A DNA stretch of 64,000 bases from Macrostomum lignano (lineage: Eukaryota), in the NCBI GenBank assembly GCA_002269645.1, contig NIVC01002128.1:62001-126000 (forward strand), read 5' to 3'. Both the position numbers and the translations under genes were made by a program. A model generated the notes under the pieces. That model had not been told where the DNA came from. It saw nothing but the letters and a program-made list of their open reading frames with translations, and searched no databases. Each line of letters starts with the position of its first letter. The stretch's first letter is position 1. Positions 22,857 through 35,179 of this stretch are shown here, piece after piece.

Positions 22857-25800
22857 ATGGCCTACCAGGAACGCAGTAAGTTAAATATTTGGTTTTCAAT
22901 AACAAAACTATTTAATACCATGCTTATTACTCATCTTCCACTTTTTCCTGCCGCAGAAAAACGACTTTGGCAGCTTGGCTTCGTTGCTTGTGCCTTGTTG
23001 ATCTTTCTGCCAAAGTGCGGCAGTCAAACTGTCTGTAAGTTGCTCATGTTTTCTGCTGATAACTTGCGCTTTTTATTACAAACATTTTTTTTCGGTTTGA
23101 CTTCTGCATTTTCATCACCGTAGTTAATCTACTTTAGCTCTTGAAATTTGTCAAAGTTACTCAAGTTAAGCATCACGACCAGCTACTATATGATACTCCA
23201 TCGATATCAGTAAGCCATTAGTCCTTCACTAACTAGACCAACCATTACCAATCAGACTGCAGCGGCGGGCTCCAGCGGCTGTCAGCTGAGGCCGGTGGCG
23301 AAATCGCCAGCCACAGCGGAGTCGGCACAACAAACTACAGCAGCAACTCGCAGTGCTACTGGCAGCTGGATGTGCCGCCTGGCAAAAGAGTCATAGTCTG
23401 GTTTACCTACATGGATCTCGAGTCGCCAAACGACAGAGTGACTCTGTACGACGGCCTGACAACGTCATCCGAAATTGCAGTCGTTAGCGCGACTGACTCA
23501 GTTGGCTACGAGTCGCCTAAGTTCGTTTCGTCCGCAAATATTCTGACAGTGAATTTTTATTCGAATAGCCAATACGTCAGAAAAGGATTTCGTTTAGAGT
23601 ATAAAGCTACCGTATCAGGTAAGTTTGCCTGTGTTTTAGGATTGTAAGTCATTGAATCATACCGTATTTGCACATAGATGCGAATAGAAGGGATGATCAT
23701 CTTTGCTTTATTTTGTTAAATTTGAATATTTCTCGCAAAAAGGTGCGTCGCCGAAGGTTACAACGGTACATGCCCCCCACCCTTGTAAAAGTTAGGTGGG
23801 GCATGTCAGCTCTTTCTTCTCCCGCCCAACTTTGTGAGCCTTTATGGAAATCAAATATTTAGCTAAAATGAGTGCTAAAAAGACTGATTCCCAACCTAAA
23901 GTAGGGTTTTATTGATGTAAAGTTCTTGGCTTTGCCCTCCATCAATAAATCGCCCTGATCGCAGACACCTGTAAATTGTTGTCAATCATCGGAGTATAGC
24001 TAGTACACGTAATAACATATGATGTTTCATCGGCGACGACAACGGTTTTAATTAGTTAAATTTGAAAAACTGGCAGACATCTTCTTGCTTAATCCAAATT
24101 TTTGCAGCTAACAGCAGCGCGTGCGGACCAGTCACGTTTGATGACGCTTCCAACTCTTCCGGAATGATTGTCAGCCACCCCGGCTACGACCAGCACAGTT
24201 TATACTCTGCAAGCATGTCCTGCAGCTGGACCTTGCCATCGGTGTCCGGAAAGTTTTACCAGCTCTACGTTGGCAACGTGTCTCTCGGAAATGGAGATTG
24301 CCTGTCTGTATATCAAGGCACAGCGTCAGTGACAGGTGGCAGTTCTAATGTGAATTTGTGCGGCTGGAAAGCTGTTACTGGCATGGCACTTCAGGTGGAT
24401 GGCAACTTCATCATCAGGTTTAGTTCCAATGGAGCTTATGAGTCCACGGGCTTTCAAATCAAGTTCGAATTAGTAAACTGTGAGTTCTATCATGAGATTC
24501 AATTATTACTCAAATATGTGTCAGGTTTTGTAAACTCGAGTTCGCTGTGAGATGTGAGTTTATAACCAGTAAAATAATAATTTGGGGTGATTCTTTTAAG
24601 TATTTCCAGCCATGCAGAATTCGGATACAGAACTCGAAATTTACATCATGCGCCCTCTGTAGCAACATATGATAAAAAGGAATATGCAGTACTTGCAACG
24701 TGCGCTGTGGAATGGTGTACTTTCTTGACGACCTTATTGAAGTACTTTTGAATATAAACTATATTTGTATTGCTTTTTTTCTGCTGACTTTATTAAATGG
24801 AAATATTTATGTAAATTTCAGACTGCCCAGACAACCGCAACTTGACTAATAGCACAGGTGAAGTAGTAAGTCACAGTGGCGTCGGAGAATACTATTATTG
24901 GAACAATGCACAGTGCGTCTGGTACATTACGGCACCGCCTGGTCAGCAGGTTTGGTTCTGGTTTTCCTATTTTAATTTAGGGTACAATGACTACGTCAGC
25001 GCTCGAAACATGGGAGAGTCTTCGAGCACAATTTCAACGCTCAGCAGGGGCTATTCGCCTTCGCCGTCGGGGTTTCAATCCGCAACACGTGCTGTCAGCG
25101 TAACATTTACTACAAATAGCCGAGACTCAGGTCTCGGCTTTCGACTTCATTATAACTTTACCCAGTTATGTAAGTTTAAAATTTTTCAAGAAAATGTTTT
25201 GAATATTTTAACACATTTTATACATTATGGACAACTAAAGCAGAGATGCTACGCCCTCAAACCTAGAAATAATTGAGACAGAAAATTTTTATTTCTATCA
25301 AAGGAAAGTCGCATCTCGTTTTCCCCGTTTTCTAGTTGTAGCCAGAGCAAGAATGCGTTCTTTGAATAAGATCCAATTCGAAGCTTTGAAACGATTAACC
25401 AGGGACTACACAATAATCCATGCAATTACCCCTGAAAAATTCAAAAAGTTGCTTAGTAAAGAGATTAAAAGCTTTTTTCTGACTTGCTAATAGATTTTAA
25501 GTTGAAAGTTGTCAAGTTTTTAGTGTATTTCTACAGATTCTTTATTTTATTACGAGCTAGTTAATTATTTACGCATATACGGAATAGAGTCTCTATTGAA
25601 AATTCTCATATATTTAAACATATTTTTTTCAGATTGTTACGGATTTGAAAACGTGACAGCAACAAAAACGGGAAGTCAAATAAGGAGTCACTACGGTGTT
25701 GGTTCAAGATATTATTTAAACAACATGAGCTGCTACTGGCACATAAGGGTTCCTGTCGGACAGAGAATCGCCTTTCGTTTTACCTACTTCAATACACGGA

Positions 25801-27975
25801 CAAATGATAGAGTGACAGTGTTTGATGGCTCCAACGGTTCAGCTGTTCTGCTCAGTACTTCCGGCAGTTTTAACGGCGCTATTATATCCTCAGCAAACAC
25901 AGCCACTGTGTGGTTTAACACAGACAGTGTCAATAGGGGATATGGGTTTGCTGTGTGGCTTCAAGAAATTGACAACAGTAAGCAAAACCTATAGTTAATT
26001 AATACGACGTTAAACAAAGTAAATATCTCTCTACATATAAAAATCAAAACTCTGTCTGTCTGTGTGTCTGTGTGTCTGTGTGTGGACAATTTTGATCGCT
26101 ATGGACTCCCAAACCGCTCAACCAAATGACACCAAACTTTACACCCACCCTAAACTTACTACGGAGAATGTCTTAGGCTACCTTTTAATTTCCTAGACTC
26201 AAGTCTTCCTACCTAAAAGTACAAAAAACTGCTCAAAATGCGCGATTTTTTCACTAAATCCTCCATAGCGCCGCTCCACTTCTACCGATTCTCTTCAAAT
26301 TTGACACAGGCAATTTTCAACTATTTTGACACAATCTTGTAAAGTTTCAAATCTCAAAGTTAATCCTGAAAGCCGCTGTGCACTTTTAAAGTTAGGCTGT
26401 TTTTTTCAGCATAGCAACCACCCCAACCTCTGCCCGCCTGCCTCTCTTTCCCGATCTGGGCCCAGATGTGTAAAAGGGTTTCAAAATTGACTAACTTTCA
26501 GCTGCCATAAGTTTGCTCCACGTAAAGCGATTGACTTCAAACTTGACACAATTCTTCATTGACTCATTCTCTATCTAAATGTAAAGTTTCAACTCTGTAA
26601 CTCAACCGAAAAAGAAACTGTAAGCATGTGAAGTTTGTCTGCTTTGTCTGTTGTTTGCCGCTCATCCAACTCATTCCCCCAGACGAATGATCAGGCGATA
26701 GGGCTCAATGTACATAGCGAATGTACAGTGTTTTGGAATAACTTTTTAATAGCCGTCTCTGTACCCCCGCGAGTGGAGAGGCATGGAGAGGAGAGAATTT
26801 AGCGAGAGATTCAAACTACTGTCCTCTGTATAGACAAGTCGCAGCAGTTAAACAAGGATGGCAAATCAAGGCGATGTGGGATGGTTTATAAAAATAGCGA
26901 AAAATTAATGAATAACTGATTACAATGCAATCCTACTAAATTAGTTACACCATGAAAATTTTAACAATCAGATTCGCATAAGGTAACTTTAAAATTTAAA
27001 TGGCCTCCTAAGAAATGCGTATTTCCTTGGTTGTTAGACTGCTGCAGACTGTGGTGGTGGAGCTGGAGAATGGAGATATAAAATTCCTCTCAGGGCTGCC
27101 AATTGGCCAGAAAGATGACGTGATTAAAGCATGAGAAATGATAACAACCATGATAGTACTTTCGAAGCAGGGATTGGCAGATTTTTATCTCAAAGGCCAG
27201 AAATCCAGCTCATGGCTGCGGGCCAGATGAGAGTGAAAAGGAAAAGTGGTGAGGAGAGAGCAGAGAAGAAGGGAGGAAGAAGCGAGAGGAGGGGAGAAAG
27301 GAAGGAGAGGAAAGAGTAAAGGTGAGAAGAGGGGAGAGATGAGACAGAGGATCGATGAGAGAAGAGAGTAGAGAAGATTGAGAAGAGAGTAGAGATGAGA
27401 GAGCAGAAAGAAGATGACAGAGGGTCAAGAGGAGAGGAGAGATTAGAGAGGAGAGAGTAGAAAGGATAGAGAAGAGAGGAGATAAGAGGGGGATAGAGGA
27501 GTGAGAAGAGAAGAGATAGAGATAAGAGAGTGGTGAAAGAAGAGGGGGGAAAGGAGAGATGAGAGAGTAAAGGGAAGAGGAGGAGAGAGGAAAGAGATGA
27601 GATTGTAGAGATGAGACAGATGAAAGAAGAGATGAGAGATGAAAAAGGTGAGAGGAGAGTGCAGAGAGACGAGAGAAGATAATAGAGGAGAGAGAGTATA
27701 GAAGAGGGAAGAGAAAAGAAGAAAGGAGTAAGGAAAGAGAGGAGTCAGAAGAGGTGAAAGAGAAGAGTACAGAGGTGATAAGTGAGAGAACGTATAAGAG
27801 AGTAAAGATGACAGATGAGAGAGCAGATGAACAGACGAGAGATGGGAGAGTAGAGAGAACAGAGGAGAGATAAGAGAGAAGAGATTACAGAGACTAGAGG
27901 AGAGAGGAGAGACAGGGAGAGAGAAGAGGAAATAGGAGAATGAAGAGGCGAGAGAGTAGAGAGAAGAGAGATGGG

Positions 27976-28034
<59 letters not shown>

Positions 28035-31000
28035 GAGCAGAGAGTAACGAGAAGAGATAAGAGAGAAAAGATAAAACAAGAGAAAGGAGAGATGAAAGAG
28101 CGGACGAGAGAGAAGAGAGGTGAGGGAAGAGACGAGCGACGAGGGGAGAGAGAAGAGATAAAACAAGAAAAGAGATGAGAGGAAAGAGAGAGAGGAAAGA
28201 GATGAGGGAAGAGACGAGAGAAGAGGGGAGAGAGAAGAGATAAAACAAGAAAAGAGATGAGAGGAAAGAGAGAGAGAGGAAAGAGGTGAGGAAAGAGACG
28301 AGAGAAGAGGGGAGAGAGGAGAGAGAGAGGAAAGAGTAGAGAGGAGAGATGAGAGAGTAGAGGAGAGAGTTAAGAGAAGAGAGAAAAGAATAGAGAGGAC
28401 AAGGAAGAGACGAGAGAAGAGGGGGAGAGAGGAGAGAGGAGAGGAGAGAGAAAACGAAAGAGTAGAGAGGAGAGAGGAGAGCAGAGAGAAAAGAATAGGG
28501 AAGAGATGAGATAAGAGAGATGAAAGAGAAGAGTGATGAGGGAAGATACAAGAGAAGAGAGGAGAGAAGAGAGAGGAGAGACGAGAGACAAGGAATGAGA
28601 GAGAAGAAAGGAAACAGAGAGACGATAGAAATTTTAAAGGATCCAAGGGACATAGGAGAGTCAGGGAGAGGCCAGAGTTTGCCAATACATGTTTTAGAGT
28701 CAGACAGACATTGCCTGGCATTCTGTGGAGTACCCCAGCAAACAATGTCAACGTTTGCCTCAAACTATAATTTTACACGAATGTGCTCCATTTTATGTCT
28801 ACCTCTATCCTACTAACATTAATTTGTTTGTGTATGGTCTTAGATTTCAGAATACATGCAAAAGTAGTTCTGGGGATTGGAATTCCCCGGGTTCAAAATC
28901 CGCGGGTTTCAACAGCTTGTAAAACATAAATTAGGCTTTATTTTTACTCAAATACCATTCTTAGTAAACGCCTTAAACAGCCGCGTGATATTATCCATTG
29001 GATACCGATGCTCATCTATAGGATAAGCATATTGCAAGTGGATCGGCCCCTATTACACTAAGTATTTTTATTGAAAAATATTTATGGTACTTCCTATTGT
29101 TAATATTTATTGTGAGAAAATAAGGACTACTTTAAAAAATCTTTACACAAGACAATGCATGACGACAAAAAAAAACGCAAATTCATCAGCCCATTGAGGC
29201 AGTCATTAACTTTAATAACCATTACCTAGAGTTGAGTCCACTAACTTTAGCGTTTAAAAATAGTAGCGGTTATCAACGATAAAATAGGCATAGCACCAGC
29301 AACATACAAAATAAGTCACTTTGGAGTGAAGCATATTTTTTTCTAATACGTATGCGTACTATAGTCCAACTATACCAAAATGAATATCTTATAAAAACAA
29401 AAATTACTGTCCTCTTTCAGCCGCTAACAACACATGCGGAACGATCAGTTATGCAAATTCATCGAACGTGTCGGGAGTCATCGAGAGCCACAAGGGCTAC
29501 AATGCCACCAGCATGTCCGCATACGCGCCCAATTTAGCCTGCCTGTGGACACTGCCCAAACGCCCTGGATTCTACATCTATCTCTTTATCGAAACCTACG
29601 GCATTGGCATGGGAGACTGCCTAAAAATGGTAACGAAGTTTTTCTCTACTGCCAGTGAGCCCGGAAGTGATGGAAATTTGCAGTATTGCAATACCCGTTT
29701 CGGCCGAAACGTACACTGGGTGACATCAGGAGACGCGCATATTTCGTTTACAACTGACAACCTTCATGAATCAATCGGATTCTCTATTCAGTTTTACTAC
29801 GAGCAAGGTTCGGTGACTTTCTCTAATGCACTACGATTAAAACCCATTAAGAAACTTTACTTTGTTTTCCAAATCATACATTTCATTTCAGCTTGTCCAA
29901 GCGTTCAGAAATGGGACTCCGACAACGGAGAAGTAGTTAGTCACACTAACGCTGGAACAACGCACTACTTGAACTCTATGACATGCAATTGGCAAATTTC
30001 TGTGTCGCCAGGCAAACAAGTAATCGCCTGGTTTACTAGCAGCAGAATAGAGAATGGATACGACAGAGTCACGTTATACGATGGTCTCAGCGGTTCAAAT
30101 ACTTTGGTTAGCAGCACTTCTATTCCCACAGATGTCGCATACCGATCCACCACAAGTAGCATGAGGGTCCGGTTTACAACAGATGGCAGTGTGCGTTACC
30201 ACGGCTTTCGAATGCGATACAGCATTGTGGAGAACTGTAAGTGAGAGTTTATTCAGAGGATTAGGCAAAATCCAGGATGGAATATAAAAAATGCAATCGT
30301 TGCTTCGGTTTCCAGTCTGTGATGGTCGGAAAATTCTTCAAGCCAGCCAAGGCAAGTTTTCCGCCCATGTGAACTCATCATCCCCTAACTATCTGAGACA
30401 TATGAGATGCTACTGGACCATTACTGCGCCATTGGGATACAGTGTAGTGGCTCACATTACATCATTCAGCCTCTACTATTATGACTATGTCAGCATATCT
30501 GAAGGAATTAAAGGCTCACAATTAATCGCAAGATACTATGGACACAGTAACTTTCAGTCTGTCATTTCAAGAATTTTCGTTTCAAAGTCAAATGCGATGC
30601 TTGTATATTTTGTGTCGGGTCGAACAGGCCCTGGATTCGAGATGAAGTACAACACAACCGAAAAATGTGAGCAAAGCTTTCAGTTGTTGATTTAATTATT
30701 TCAATAAACAAGCGCAGTCTTATCCAATACAACTAAGCTGGTATCACGTACCTCTTGCACAATTGATACAGACACGTCACAGTCTTTAAAAGGATTCTTT
30801 TTAAAAATTGAAGTAGCATTTTTTTATTTTTTTATTTACCTTTACTCACCACCAGTCTGTCAAGGCACGGAGCTCCTGACCAACGACACTGGAGAGCTGG
30901 CCAGCCATTCGTCTGCAGGCATTATGGGCTTCTTGATCAACTCGGACTGCTACTGGGTGATCAGAGTCTCTCCCTCAAAGCGAGTGGTGGCTCGCTTTAC

Positions 31001-33775
31001 CTTTTTTAACATTACTTCCCGCTATGAAAGCGTCACTCTGTATGACGGAGCCTATGGTTCAACAGTTCTGGCCACCTTATCGAGCAGCTTCTCGGACACA
31101 ACGCGGGATTTCATAACGACAGAAAACGTCTTAACCGTGCGTCTATACATTCCGCACAGTAGTAGTCGATCACTCGGAATCAAGATGAAATACGAAGCTT
31201 CAGATACCTGTGAGTTTTGTGTACATTGGGATCTGCTAAAATGTGTCTACGAGCATATTTAAACGTACGAGCGTACTTACACTCGTACATGAACGTGTGT
31301 TGTAAGCTGTGCCTGCCGCTTCTCTCACTGCCGCTTGGTCATTCTGGTCTGTCCATCATCTTAAAGCTGCAATTGTTGTTTTCATTTTAGTTCTCTCGTT
31401 GTATTTTCATTGGCTGTCCCCTTTCGGTTTTTCTCTCGTTTGGGCTCGTCCAATCAAATCACAAGCCGCGAAGGCACCTGATTCTTCCTTCTTTCTCTGC
31501 GTGCCCTAGCCCCACCCAGCCCATGCTCTCATTCCAACTGGGGCAGCATATATGTGCGCGCCCGGCCGTAGCCGTGCTCTCGCCATAACCGCTCTCTTTA
31601 CCACTCTAACCTTTTGCGTGCTTGTTTGTCCCTAAAGTTAAATATTTAACAGAAATATCGAAGCGAAACGAAATCAGCGAAATCATGAGCTCAGCGAATA
31701 ACCCCTACCGGTAATTCAAAGCGTTATACTCTACATTTATTTTTTCTATCTCCTAAATTATTTTCTCCCGTCGCAGTCTTCACTCGGGCATGCAAAGTGT
31801 CTGTACACGCCTTCACACCTGTGTCCACCTCTCTGATGCTACTGAGTGGCTACCTGCTCGCTATCTCATCATCCGCACCTCCCTTGTAGTCCTTGTGTTC
31901 TCGATTAATCAAGGCATTACAAGTGTATTTGAAATATTTAGCAGTAGTAAACATTTATCTGTTCTTTGCAGAAAGGAAGTTTACTCTTTGATAATAAAAA
32001 GTGTACAATTCCGTTAATGGTTTCTGTCGAACGGTCAAACAACGTGCAATTTTGCAGAGTACTATTAATTGACGCTAAATCTTCTTGTCGTAGGGCTGTA
32101 CGAGTGTCCGTGCCAGCCCACTCACTTCCGCGTCGGAATGTATTTACGCCTCCGGGGTCACGGCTCTCACACCTATCCCACTCGGCAAGCTCTGGGCAGT
32201 CCAGTACCCCGACCCCGATCACCCCGCATTTGCATAGTCAGTGTGCAGTTCGCATAGACGAAAGCGGGAAAATACTGTACAAACATGTACCATAGAGATT
32301 GTACTGTTCAGTTCAAAGATGACATGCTTTGTAAATTTACTTCAGTTTGCGAAAAATACAAGCTGATAACTGGTGGAAGCGGTGAGATCAGCAGCCACCA
32401 AGATGCAGGTGCATTGCCTTACATAAGCGGAGTGTCATGCAAATGGCAGTTTGTCGGTAAACCTGGAATTCAAATCTCAGCCAACTTGATCTACTTGAAC
32501 TTGACGTCCAACTATGACTCTATTGCTTTTTACAAAGGGTCAGACGACATCACATTAGTCACAATTCGAGGTGGCGCCTCCACATGGCCGAAAAAGTTTG
32601 TGACTTTGTCGAACATCTTGACAGTAGTTTTTATAACTGGAAATGCTGCAGGAAATAATACGAACGGACTTGGTTTTCGGTTGCAGTACAGCGTTGGTGA
32701 TAGTGTTGGTGCGTTAAAATGCTTTGCTTAATGTTCTTTCTCTGAGATATAGTAAGTGCTACGATGTACTACTCAATCGTCATGTAACTAATGCTATTGA
32801 AATATCCGCAGAACCGGCCACAACCAGTTCAAAACAGACTTCATCAAGCACAGCACGCGCTGTTGTCAGCAGCCCAAGTTCGCCAGCAACTACAAAAATC
32901 GTATCAGATACCAGCTTTGCTCCGGAGTCGACAACAACTGGCAAACTTTCACAAACAGGTAGGCGATCATTTCAGACAAACTTGATAGAAATGAAAATAT
33001 TTGAACGTTTGCCTAGATCCACGCTTTTAGCTCGTACATCGGGTATTAATTATTTGATACGTGCTACATATACGAGCTATTTGTTAACAGGGCAGTAAGT
33101 AAATTCTTTACAAAATCACACAAATTGATTCATTTATATTTTTTTTCAGAACCGAAAGAATCTCTTCCGATTTATATTCTCGCCTTAGCAATCGGTGTTC
33201 CCTCGGCTGTAATTGCAGTTTCTGTTGCAATAGTTGGAACTGTCATCTACAAGGTTTTATTTGCGCATTATAAATTGGTTTTTCGAGCTTGGTGGTAAAA
33301 TCATTTTTTTTACCTTTTTTCCATTACTGATAAATTGATCATTTCAGTATCGCCAGAATCTGAAGCAACCCACAACTCAAACAAACTACTATACTGAGGT
33401 AAAAAAATTACAGTGATTAGAGAGTTATGCACTTTCTCCCTTACAATTTTGTGAATAAAAGTTTCTTGATGTTAATTTACGAGTAATTATTTTGAATATG
33501 TTTTTTTTTAAATTGAAGGGCTGCGTTGGTCCATATGCACCGACAACGGCAGCAGGAGATGTAACTATCAAAAATATATTTCCTACTTGTTGTATCTCGA
33601 TTTGATTTAGTTGACAACGGCGCTCTGAAAATCGTAATTATCATTTTTCCAGAATGAAGATGACTGCTATCTAGAAGCCGACAGCGCTGCACAGAATAAT
33701 CCCAACGAGGACGACTACGACTATATTGGCATGAAGCCGCAAGGAGCACAGCGCAGTAGATTTGCTGCGTCTTAA
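22857..33775 (+). CDS. Complete 9-CUB type-I membrane receptor, copy B (signal peptide, 9 CUB, Ser/Thr stalk, TM, Tyr-motif tail)
   Basis: Exons: 22857-22875 and 22957-23034 (MAYQERKKRLWQLGFVACALLIFLPKCGSQTV); CUB 23256-23618, 24108-24479, 24822-25169, 25633-25977, 29421-29807, 29892-30236, 30316-30666, 30856-31209, 32346-32696 (all 3n, phase 1-1); stalk 32812-32958; TM 33150-33253; tail 33348-33398, 33519-33560, 33653-33775 (NEDDCYLE...NEDDYDYIG...AAS*). Confidence 0.88.
26026..26900 (+). mobile_element. Probable non-autonomous Helitron-like insertion in an intron
   Basis: A|TC start (TCTCTCTACATATAAAAATC) followed by (CTGT/GT)n and GATCGCTATGGACTCCCAAACCGCT, resembling 5' ends of invertebrate Helitron derivatives. 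The 3' hairpin-CTAG end was not identified, so the end coordinate is approximate. Confidence 0.45.
27230..28625. repeat. About 1.4-kb polypurine (GA-rich) low-complexity tract with a perfect (GA)n core near 27982-28030
   Basis: Directly visible; it is the source of the Leu/Ser-rich minus-strand ORFs. Confidence 0.95.
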
Positions 33776-35179
33776 GTAATATGCATCACTGGGGTTGTTT
33801 GGACTGTTTAAACTAAAGCACGGATACGTTTTTTTACTTTTAGTCTGCAAGGTTTGCAAGAATTACGGTGCTTCAAAACGGCAGTTTATTTTATCTGTTT
33901 GTTGGATAGAAATAAATATTCTGCCATCGGAGCTACAGCTTAAAGTTTTCGACCAAGTTAAGGGAACACTTAATTTAGCTAGTTTCTCAGTAGGATTCTA
34001 TAGCGCCTATAGCTACTCGTAATATTGAAACATTTGAATCTTACTCATCCTCTTGGAAACTTGAAAAGACTAGCTTCAACAGATGATTTGATCTGAGGCG
34101 TCCGCGTCACTAATAGCTACTCTAGAGTAAAAAATTGTTTTCATTTTTGTGTGTTCTTACATCCTCCAGACCTCCCACCCTTTTATAAAAATTATAAAGT
34201 CATCCTCCAGTTATAAGTCGTCAGGTTTACGTTTTGTATTCACTAGCTATATATGATCGATTCTGTGTAAAAACTCCTGCTTAAAATTCTCATCAAATTT
34301 TTGATAGTTATCCAGAATTTTTTACTATTGAGTAGAAAATATAGTTTTAACCAGTTTTTTTCTGCCCTTAAATCCTTCTCCCACTCTTTCATAGCAATTC
34401 GTAACAATATTATTATCCTTAATTTTAAGGTCATCGCCCGGTATAATATATATTGTCAGTTTTCAAACTGTATTTTTGTATTCTCTATATAATCAATTCT
34501 GTATAAATTCCTGCGTGAAATATTTTATAATTTATATTTTTTAGATATTCAGAATTTCATCTTTGTCACAGGTTTCTGGACTTTTTATTTAATTTGAAGT
34601 TGCTTTAAATGTTTTTAGGTTTTGGTGTTTTATTTATTAACTAATACGTGAAATTTCACTAAAAACAACTAATAGTATTATTAAGTACATGCAGATATAG
34701 AGAAACAAATTGTTTGTTGCAAATTTTATTCTTGTTTGCCGTGCTTTCTATTTATTATTGCATCCTATTTACTCCGTTATTCGTTTGATTGTTCCAACAA
34801 TTAAAGTGGAACTAGCTTCAAGAACATTTTAATGTTTACTCAAAAGATGCAGAAATTTCCTGTTCAACATAACAAATCAAGAAAAATGACAAAGAGAGGT
34901 GTTTTTTTGGAAACAGTAAATAATGCCTGTCGTCTTCTGTATTTTTTGCTTATTTGAAAGAGACACTTTCATATGACCTAAACTTCACAACGTATAAAAA
35001 ATCTGCACACTAGCTCCTTCATATTACCCACAATTTTCCATTTGCCCATAAATTTCACAACGCTTGAAAGTGTATGTGAAGGAGCGTGTAGAGATTTTTC
35101 GGTATTGTAAAATTTACACGTTATGAAATTCAGGTGATATGAAATTTAGGCGATACAAAATTTAGGTCATGTGAAGTAT

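Noticed and set aside
23740-23971. Possible short relative of the hAT MITE family in a CUB intron
   Set aside because: Only weak end similarity (AGGTGCGTCGCC / GCAGACACCTG) and no TSD; too uncertain to call.
27745-28763. 289-302 aa Leu/Ser-rich ORFs resembling membrane proteins
   Set aside because: They are the reverse complement of the GA-rich tract.
28851-28922. Extra small coding exon (NTCKSSSGDWNSPG)
   Set aside because: The phase does not fit the phase-1 CUB chain, and the frame ends in a stop without a suitable donor.
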